From Octopus bimaculoides (lineage: Eukaryota), in NCBI RefSeq assembly GCF_001194135.2, contig NC_068994.1, positions 38,325,134 to 38,389,133 of the forward strand: a DNA stretch of 64,000 nt, given 5' to 3'. The notes under the pieces were generated by a model. That model saw nothing but the letters and a program-made list of their open reading frames with translations. It ran no database searches and was not told the DNA's origin. Position 1 is the stretch's first letter, and each line of letters begins with the position of its first letter. Shown here piece by piece: positions 54,246-64,000 of the stretch. Made by a program: the position numbers and the translations under genes.

Positions 54246-54837
54246 ATTTAGCCAAGTAAACTGAGCACAGGAACAATAATGAACAGAGTATGTAATTCAA
54301 TATGAAAACTGCATCTGAGTTCTGTAAGAACTATCAAATTGTATTTGATAGTTCACCAATATTATACAACCAAAATACAAAAAATTATTTACAGATAAAA
54401 ATAGCAAACATGTTTTATTTACATCTATTGTTTACTGCACTTGTGTTTATATAATAATACTAGTAGAGATTAACAATTATTTCAAATAGTGTAAATATAA
54501 TATTTCTCCAACCATAAAGATTGTGAAAGTCAATAAATATTTGTTGCTTCTCAATTTCATTTGCAGCACTCATATGGCGCTTTGCTACAAAAAATGAACT
54601 GAAAAGAGTCAGAAAATAGATGCAGAGAAGATACAGGTACAATAGGGGGAACAATTTAAATGTAAAATAGTGTGATTTGTATATAAAGAAAACAATTTTT
54701 AAATATTTTCTTAAGATGATTTCTCTGAAATATATATATACAAAGCAGTTATACTTCATGCAGGAACATATAAATAGATAAAACATGCAAGAACAACTCT
54801 TTTTCTTTGATTTTCCAAATAAATATAAGCAACTCAC

Positions 54838-57385
54838 CTGTTGAGGTCTTTTAAAGGTCAGATCATTCCATCTATCAGCTGACATATTCCTGCAGTGAAT
54901 ATCTTCTCTGTCTACCTTTGGTAGTTGAGATTTCTTCACATTTCTCTCCATTGTGTAGTGAATTCCAGGAGGAACACAAGTAGGATCAAATATATATTTT
55001 GATTGGATGTTTAATGTAGGTGTAACCTTGTGGTACATATCAACACTACTATCATAGTTGCTATCTGTCTGCTTCAGTCTATGAACTATACAGATTGATA
55101 TAGAGATCACTATAACAACTGATACTATCACAGCTGCTATAACAATAACAATCATCACATTCAATTGGAGACCATTACTTGATTCTGTTGTTGTCTTTGA
55201 AGGGGTCTTAAATATCTTTGATGTGTTGTTACTAACTGTTAGAGTCAAAGACAAAGTTGTTGTTGATGACAGAACTGGACGGCCACTGTCTTTCACACCT
55301 AATTCCAGTTCATAGAATCCGGCATCGTTTTGGTNNNNNNNNNNNNNNNNNNNNNNNNNNNNNNNNNNNNNNNNNNNNNNNNNNNNNNNNNNNNNNNNNN
55401 NNNNNNNNNNNNNNNNNNNNNNNNNNNNNNNNNNNNNNNNNNNNNNNNNNNNNNNNNNNNNNNNNNNNNNNNNNNNNNNNNNNNNNNNNNNNNNNNNNNN
55501 NNNNNNNNNNNNNNNNNNNNNNNNNNNNNNNNNNNNNNNNNNNNNNNNNNNNNNNNNNNNNNNNNNNNNNNNNNNNNNNNNNNNNNNNNNNNNNNNNNNN
55601 NNNNNNNNNNNNNNNNNNNNNNNNNNNNNNNNNNNNNNNNNNNNNNNNNNNNNNNNNNNNNNNNNNNNNNNNNNNNNNNNNNNNNNNNNNNNNNNNNNNN
55701 NNNNNNNNNNNNNNNAAATCCATAACCTCAACAACAACATTTGCTGTGTTCTCCAGTGATGGTGTTCCTTTATCTTTTACTAAAACCTTAAACTCAAACA
55801 TGTTCTTTTCTTCCCTGTCTAGTGACTTAGTTGTGGAAATAAATCCCACATCAGATATCTGAAATGGTAGAATATCTTTTCCATTAGATAATAGAGAATA
55901 GGTTAATTGTCCTCCATCTCCAATATCTGGGTCTGTAGCATCAACATATCCCACAGGGAAGTCTTTGTGTTCATTTTCATAGGTGAGGAACTTATATATG
56001 TCTTGACTAAACTGAGGTTGTACATCGTTTATGTCAGTAACCAACATTGAAAATTGTCTCTCTACTTTCAATGGAGGTAAACCATTATCTTGACATTTAA
56101 TGGTGAAATTAAATCTCTTCTCACTCTCTCTATCTATTTCACTCTTGACAACAACTTTGTATTTCTTTTCAGACTCTGAGATTAGCTGAAGATATCTATT
56201 TTGTAAACGACACTTCACTTGTCCATTTTCTCCATTGTCATTGTCAATAATTTCGACAAAAGCAACAAAGCTGTGAATTTGAATTGCCTCTGAAATGAGA
56301 ACTGTGTTTTCAGTTGACTTTAAGAGAAATTTGACATCAATGTTTGGTGGATTATTACGATGTGTGACACCATTTACCTGAACAATGGCTGTTGAGGACA
56401 TAGGTGTATTACCACTATCTCTGGCTTCAACAGTTATTCTATACATTTTTCCAAATTGAAATTCATTCGTTATAAACATTTCTCCTGTTGTCTTATATAA
56501 TTTAAAACACTGTTTGATTTTATTTGGGGTTTTAGCACTAAAAATGTATGAAATTTTTCCATTTACCCCTTCATCTAAATCAGTAGCCAACAACCTCAGA
56601 ACAGGTTTGTGTATCTGATGTGTGTCATTTATTGTCACATTGTAGATATTTTGGGAAAATACAGGGGAATTATCATTTTTATCCTCCACTAATATTTTTA
56701 TATCCAGTATACCTTCTTTTGGTGGAGATCCCCCATCTGTGGCAATCAATTGAAGATTATAAATGCTTTTAGTCTCACGATCTAAGTTACTTTCTAGAAT
56801 TATCTGTAATACACTAGATTCATCTGATCTCTTCAAAATGAACAATTTGAACGGAATATGTAAATCTCTTAGCTGATATTTGATTTTTGAGTTCTGAATA
56901 CTGACATCATTATCAATGGCATTTGGAAGTATTTCTCTTGTTCCTGTCAATACGTTTTCATAGAGTTGCAGGTGAAATTCATTAACTGGAAAGAAGGGAT
57001 AATTGTCATTGATGTCTTCTATTATAACTTTGATTTTTAATATCTTGATAAAAGAATGACTATGTTGAACTGCTATTTCCAATATCCTAAAACATTCCAC
57101 ATTATATTGGCACAGAATTTCTGCATCCAGTACGGCTGTTGTAATTAGGTGTCCTTCAGGTGTAACATTGAATAACTGAATACTTCCATCAGTACCACCC
57201 CGGATAACATTAAATGTAACTTTGTTGCTATCATCCTGAGTCTGTATATCATCCAGTAAGTGTGTATCAGTGACAATATTTCCAATAAAACTGTGTATGT
57301 CAATGTTCTCTTTCACATGGTAGATATGATCCACACACCAGCAACTGTCAGCTGTCAACAGTACCAACAAAACTATGAATAACAT
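54838..57385 (-). CDS. PCDH: Protocadherin P5, large coding exon (gap in EC6)
   Basis: ORFs 55310-57400 and 54460-55740 flank the gap; tandem acceptors at about 57484 and 57492; ATG 57385; donor CAG|gtgag at 54838. Confidence 0.92.
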
Positions 57386-59720
57386 GGCTTCAGTCCTCAA
57401 TTCTGTTGCAAGGATATGAATGTATAATGTTGACGGAATCTATCAAAAAATTGAGACTTCTTCAATATATTCTTCTGTTTTCTCCTGTAAACCTGTAAAA
57501 CATGTAAACTTATTATGCATAAGAAAGGATGTAGTAATTAAGAAAACTCATATAATTTGTAAAATTATAAATTATGGCAAGGTGGCAGAATCATTAGCAC
57601 ACTAGACAGAATTATTGGCAGCATTTTGTTCATCTTTACATTCCAAATTCAAATTCTTCCATAGTTAACATTGACTTTCATCCTTTTGGTGCTTATAAAC
57701 AAAGCAGCCATTGAACAGTATGGTCAATGTAATTTATTTACCCCTTCCACCAAACCTGCTGGCCTTGTGCCAAAATTTCAAGTCAAATTACAAGTTATGC
57801 CAAAGACTCTACAAATCATTCTAATCTTTCTCTTGGCATGCATTTCCAGCAACATATAGTATAAACACTTTCCACCAGTAGTTTCAGGAACCTACTTTAT
57901 CATTAAAACAAATGAAGGAAAGATATTTACATAAGGTCAACTGGCCTAGAATTTTATGATACTATTTTCCTCCTACACAAACAAGTTATGTTTTGATATC
58001 TAAAAATATTACATCACATGTCTGATCTCTTATTTGGCAAAATATCTTAAATTTTCATCATTTTAGAAACCTAATTTATCACTTCAGCAATCGAAAAGAT
58101 ATATACATAAATTTCACTTGTCTACATCCCTTAAATCATTTAATTTTCTCATTAGGTAAAATAAAAAATAGCATCTACACTGACACTCAAAGACCCCCTT
58201 TACAAATATTTGTTGAAACTGCTTTTTCACAAACTGTCATAATATTTAAAAAGGGAACACATTGGATGATATATATCAAAGTCCACAAAGAAACGGAAAA
58301 CTCCATAAAAAAAAAAAAAAAAAGAGATATGGTTATTATGGTTAGAACTGCCTTTGATCATAGATCTGTTCAATCAGAAACAATTTGGAAATAAAAGGCA
58401 GCTGTGACTCATGTAACGTATGATTAGCTTTTCCACTGAAATCATATTTCTATAAATTATCCATAATTAGTCTGATTAATTAATGATGAATGCATTTTCC
58501 AGAAATGCATTTATAGATACATTATGGTCAGCAGTAACTTTTGTAGTCTGAAGATATCCAGTTGAGCTTTTCAGCAATTTGTTGTAGATAGAAAAATCAT
58601 AACTTTTGCTCTAACATGCTAAAAACCTCATATGCAATAGGGATTCATTTTCCATTTTTCTTACTCTATACTAATGCCATACTTAACAAGTTTCACAACA
58701 CTAGTTGTGCCAGGATATTGCGAAAATATCTTTCTGATTATTCTACTACTAAGAATATTTATAGTAGGCCAGAAGGATATGCCTCAAGCTACTACAATGA
58801 AGTTGCAGCCTTTACATTTAGACACAATTCATAAGTTTTTAGACATGGTTCATAAACTATTGTTGAGATGGAAATTTTAAAAATTATTTATAGTGTGTTC
58901 TTCCATTTCTCAACTCATTTCAACTTGTTTTTTTTTTGTTTGTTTTTTTTTTTTTTGCTTCATTTTAAAACTAACCACTGTATGATGGATTAAGGATGCC
59001 ATTTGCTTTAACATCATGACCTGGATCTTTCTATCTTTTATCCATTTAAGTCATAGTTCTGAGGCCATACTAAGGTACCACCTTGGTACTTCTAATGGGT
59101 TTGCACTTTTACAAAATTAATTTTAATTCTAGACTTTTACTATTGGTTTCTGTTTCAGATATCGATCGTTTTTCAGATTCATAGTTACTGAGTTACATTC
59201 TGTGATTAGCTTAACTGCAAAAAAAAGCTTCTGAGAAACCGAAAATACTAACAGAACCCTATCTAAATGAGTTGTTCCCCTTTGCTCATGACCTACAAAA
59301 AGTATCAAAACAAAACATTTGCTTAACAGTCTAAGCTGAAAACATAATTTTCTTCATCACATCTCCCTTCTAACTACAAATATTTAACCACTCTGTTATA
59401 TTTAACATCATTCTCCCATTAAACATTAGCCATTCTAATCATAGTCAAACCGCCAGTAATTCCAGAATTTGCAGCAAGAGTAAAATTACAAATTTCAAAA
59501 ATTTAGTGAAACTTTCCTGAAATTTACTATTCTAGATTGTCTTTAAGAAATACGTTTATATCATGACATGGTACAAATATCTGCGAAAAATTCTAACATT
59601 AAGTAAACTTATTCTATTATTACATCCTGTATGTAATAATAGAATGAACTTGTGAATAAATAAAACATTTTAAAACATACAAACGTTTACACATCAGAAT
59701 AAGTTTTAAAAAGAACTTAC

Positions 59721-59957
59721 CAACAGTTGTCAGTTGTTTATGTAGCTGTTGCTGTGCTATTTCAATGTTCTGGCAACAAAGTTATATTAGCAGTAGAAGT
59801 TCTGAGCAGTTTGGTATGTGATAGTGTTCTATGAAGTTGGTTGTATAGTATGTAATGTGTGTTGTAGCCAATGACAAGCTGTCTTTTATTCTAATGCAAG
59901 GAAACGGAAGTACAGCCTCCAGTTCTTGCAGTTAATGATGGGCTGACTCACAGACTG
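59721..59957 (-). promoter_or_regulatory. P5 leader exon and conserved promoter core
   Basis: Donor ctgttg|gtaagt at 59721; core at about 59864-59957, nearly identical to the P4 copy. Confidence 0.7.
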
Positions 59958-60823
59958 GTTTATTTAAGCCACACACACTTACATATATATGTGTATGTGT
60001 GTTAGTACATAATTGAATAAGGAAGAAATGTCTAATGATTAGAATGAAGAGGACAGGCAATAAATTCAGTATGGAAAATATAATTTCTAAATAATGATAA
60101 TATGAGTAAAATTATGGGAAATATGTATAACTTTAGTAACTTTATCAAAAAAATTGCACATAGCTTTAAAAAAGTCAAGATGAAACCAAAGTAAAATAAA
60201 TTTGTATTAAAAAAAAATACATGTTTGCAAATATTAATATAAGACACCAATGGAATGACAGAGATAATCTTTTTATAAAATACGAAACTATGGCTATCAA
60301 TAAACTTATTAATGTTTAGTGGAACTGTGTAAAGTACAACATTGAAGAAAAGCAGAATGAGATACTAAGCATGAAGAATGATATTTAAGTAACGCATAAC
60401 CACTATTGTAATAAAATATACTGTACATTTCAGATATTGTAACAGGGTAGTAATATGTACGAGTTTGGGATAATTAAAATTAGCATAAGCTTCTTGAGAT
60501 TTACTATTTCAGAAATGTTAGAACGCTGAATAAAACGTTTGACATATTTAGTGACAAGCTACTATGCACTGTGCTAAAATTGCTACGAGGTTAATGAGAA
60601 TGAATATAAACAAAATAATTGGGTTGACTTACTGCAAATTAAAATCTAAAAATAGAAGCTGAAAACTAACAGAAACTAATGAATGAAACATTATTGGTGC
60701 ATGTTCTACTATAAGATGAAATATTGTTATATTATTGATATTTTCTAGTTATGTATTCCTTACTGAAAATGTATTGCCTGTCTTGAGAAGATAATGTTTT
60801 GTTATGTTCTTGAAATTATGCTA

Positions 60824-61134
60824 TTAGACGTTTGTTGCAGATAGAGGAGGAGGAGGTACCTGGGGTGATGAAGGTACCTTTGGTAGTGTTGTTATTTTGG
60901 GTACAGCTGGCAGAGATGGTTTACAGTCTGAAGTAAACTGACTTTTCACTGGTACTGTAGAATGTTGTGCAGTCCCAGTTATAGATAAAGGTATTTGGTC
61001 ATTTGAGAAGGAAGTGTTATCGATGTTAGGTTGATGGTGATATCCATATTTATTATCTCCCCTTGATCTGTTGAGTGTATTTTGAAGTTGATTTCTCCTA
61101 TTCCATGTATGGTCACTTTCATAACGGCACAGAT
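60824..61134 (-). CDS. P6 last coding exon (DLCRYESDHTWNRRNQL...SATNV*)
   Basis: Acceptor ttttag|atctg at 61134; ORF 60824-61204. Confidence 0.85.
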
Positions 61135-61722
61135 CTAAAAATTTTGAGATTTTATATAAATTCATTTTGCAATGAAAAATTAGACTTTTTAAAATTTCTT
61201 TCATGCATGTAATTATTCTACATCTGTGTAGGTTTCCTCAAAACTTTGAATTTCTAATCGACAACTTAATAATTTATTGATAATGAAGAATATAATTAAT
61301 TACAGATGTTTCTCATATTAACATTTACATTCTTGATTATGGAGCAGTCATGAGAAGGAATTTTGGAATAAGAATATATGTGAATAAATTTTAATAGAAC
61401 TTTATATACAATCAATATCTTAACCCCCATTTCTGAAAGTGTTACAGATGGACAATACTCATTAATTTGTTGTTAAATCAGTCCTTTTTATTTGGAGACT
61501 GGTAGAATAAAAGCTCCATTCTTTGAAAAGCAACGGATGGATTAGTTACAGAAAGAGCCTTTATGTGTAAAGCATTGCCATAATATTCTACTCATCCGAT
61601 TTATGCTAACATAAGAAAAATGAACAAACTAAATTAAATATATGTATTACAATCTCATTAGGAAATATATTTAATTTAAATGTTTCTTATATCTGAAGAA
61701 ATGCTTGGTATTTTAAACTTAC

Positions 61723-61873
61723 CTGACAGTTCCTCATAGTGTCCAGCACTACCGACACTCCAACCATGACCACTATCAGTGTAAGATGACAATGTTGACA
61801 TCTCACTGAATTGGTCAGGATTGTTTAGTTCTCTGTAACCTGGAGACATACTTTCTTCTCGGGGAATAAACAT
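61723..61873 (-). CDS. P6 coding exon 2 (MFIPREESMSPGYRELNNPDQFSEMSTLSSYTDSGHGWSVGSAGHYEELS), 151 bp
   Basis: ORF 61676-61873; acceptor ttatag|ATG; donor tcag|gtaagt, phase 1. Confidence 0.85.
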
Positions 61874-63222
61874 CTATAAATATAAATCCAATGGATCATC
61901 ATGATGTTCTGGACATTCAAATGAAGAAAAACATTTCAAAAATTTAGACAATTTTAAGGAACCTTCATTTTGGATGTTAATTTCTAATCTTTCTGTACTC
62001 TAAAATCTAAACTTTCTGAAATCTACAAATCAATTGCTAGAAAGTTGACCTCAAAACATCAGTAAGAATATTGGAAGCAATTTTCAGTATATCTTATTTA
62101 CTCTATCTCCAGGATATCTATATNNNNNNNNNNNNNNNNNNNNNNNNNNNNNNNNNNNNNNNNNNNNNNNNNNNNNNNNNNNNNNNNNNNNNNNNNNNNN
62201 NNNNNNNNNNNNNNNNNNNNNNNNNNNNNNNNNNNNNNNNNNNNNNNNNNNNNNNNNNNNNNNNNNNNNNNNNNNNNNNNNNNNNNNNNNNNNNNNNNNN
62301 NNNNNNNNNNNNNNNNNNNNNNNNNNNNNNNNNNNNNNNNNNNNNNNNNNNNNNNNNNNNNNNNNNNNNNNNNNNNNNNNNNNNNNNNNNNNNNNNNNNN
62401 NNNNNNNNNNNNNNNNNNNNNNNNNNNNNNNNNNNNNNNNNNNNNNNNNNNNNNNNNNNNNNNNNNNNNNNNNNNNNNNNNNNNNNNNNNNNNNNNNNNN
62501 NNNNNNNNNNNNNNNNNNNNNNNNNNNNNNNNNNNNNNNNNNNNNNNNNNNNNNNNNNNNNNNNNNNNNNNNNNNNNNNNNNNNNNNNNNNNNNNNNNNN
62601 NNNNNNNNNNNNNNNNNNNNNNNNNNNNNNNNNNNNNNNNNNNNNNNNNNNNNNNNNNNNNNNNNNNNNNNNNNNNNNNNNNNNNNNNNNNNNNNNNNNN
62701 NNNNNNNNNNNNNNNNNNCCTCCAACCATAAAGATTTGTTACTTCTTAATTTCTTATGCAGCATTCACATGATGTTTTTCTAGGAATACCCAAAATTGAA
62801 AAGAATGCAAGAATACATTTGGAAAAGATAGATGAACGATAAGGAGAATGATTTAAATGTAAAATAGTGAGAGTGGTCATCATCATCTTTTAATATCAGC
62901 TCTCCATGCTCACATTGGATGGACAGTATGACAGGGGTTAGCTTGCTTGAGAGCTGTCCATGCTCCATCTCTCAATTTTTGCATAGTGTCTATGAAGGGA
63001 CGCCCATCCTAACATCAATCATGGCACCCAACATGGGAACTTTTATGTGGATCCTCTATAGGCAATCTTACATGGCACCTGCAAAGGTGTATTTACATGG
63101 AACTAAAATGATTGCTCTGAAATATGTATAAAGTATTTATATTTCATGCAAGAACACAAAAACAAATGAGACATACAACTATAGTTTCTTCCTTGATATT
63201 TGAAAAAATATAAGCAATTTAC

Positions 63223-64000
63223 CTGTTGAGGTCTGTTTAAAGTAAAATCATTCCACCTCTCATTTGGTATGGTTCTGCAGTGAATATCTTCCATGTCAAC
63301 CTTTGATTGTTGAGATGGCTTCAGTTTTCTGGACATTGTGTAATGAACTCCAGGCGGAACACAGGTAGGATCAAACATATATTTTGATTGGATGTTTAAT
63401 GTAGGTGTAACCTTGTGGTACATTTCAACACTACTATCATAGTTGCTATCTGTCTGCTTCAGTCTATGAACTATACAGATTGATATAGAGATCACTATAA
63501 CAACTGATACTATCACAGCTGCTATAACAATAACAATCATCACATTCAATTGGAGACCATTACTTGATTCTGTTGTTGTCTTTGAAGGGGTCTTAAATAT
63601 CTTTGTGTTGTTACTGACTGTTAGAGTCAAAGACAAAGTTGTTGTTGATGACAGAACTGGACTACCACTGTCTTTCACACCTAATTCCAGTTCATGGAAT
63701 CCAGCATCATTTTGGTAAAGTGAGCGAGAGAAAGATAAGACACCAGAGTGATGGTTCATTTGAAATAAGTGTTTTTCATTACCTCTGAGTATTTCATATG
63801 TGAGGAAGGCATTGTGTTGACTGTCTCTGTCAGAGGCCCTAACAACTGTGATATCATGGTCAGAGTTGGGATGGTAGTGGACATTAAGACTGAAAGGGTT
63901 AACATTAGGGAAACTGAAATAAGGAGCATTATCATTTAAATCCATAACCTCAACAACAACATTTGCTGTGTTCTCCAGTGATGGTGTTCCTTTATCTTTT
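63223..64000 (-). CDS. PCDH: Protocadherin P6, 3' part of large exon (end of EC5, EC6, TM, proximal tail); 5' part outside window
   Basis: ORF 63103-63945 (DLNDNAP...TM...RPQQ); donor CAG|gtaaat at 63223. Confidence 0.9.

Noticed and set aside
43600-60785. GCAATA (miR-137 seed-like) site in the 3' UTRs of P4-P6
   Set aside because: A 6-7-mer in AT-rich DNA shared by recent duplication and absent in P3; not distinguishable from chance.
18913-61873. Shared constant exons as in vertebrate clustered protocadherins
   Set aside because: Every gene has its own exon 2 and last exon; no single shared set is visible in the window.

Overview
AT-rich animal genomic DNA, very probably Octopus (inferred from the repeat families and the gene family), with nine N gaps. 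From about 12.5 kb to the right edge lies a head-to-tail array of six protocadherin genes on the minus strand, named here P1-P6 left to right; P6 is cut by the window edge. Each gene has its own non-coding leader exon and promoter (seen for P1-P5), one large exon (signal peptide, six cadherin repeats, TM, proximal tail), a 141-151 bp exon with a DSGHG-type motif, and a last exon that is Pro/Thr-rich in P2-P6. The octopus protocadherin expansion itself is known. The most notable details are: a conserved promoter module repeated before every gene; patchwork ectodomains and homogenised EC5-EC6/TM suggesting gene conversion; loss of canonical Ca2+-binding motifs at the EC3-EC4 linker in all five readable paralogs; paralog-specific PDZ-ligand C-termini; and a phase-shifted, truncated tail in P1. 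The remainder is RTE LINE, SINE, MITE, Helentron-like, Penelope-like and Chapaev-like debris plus simple repeats. All alignments and counts were done by eye.
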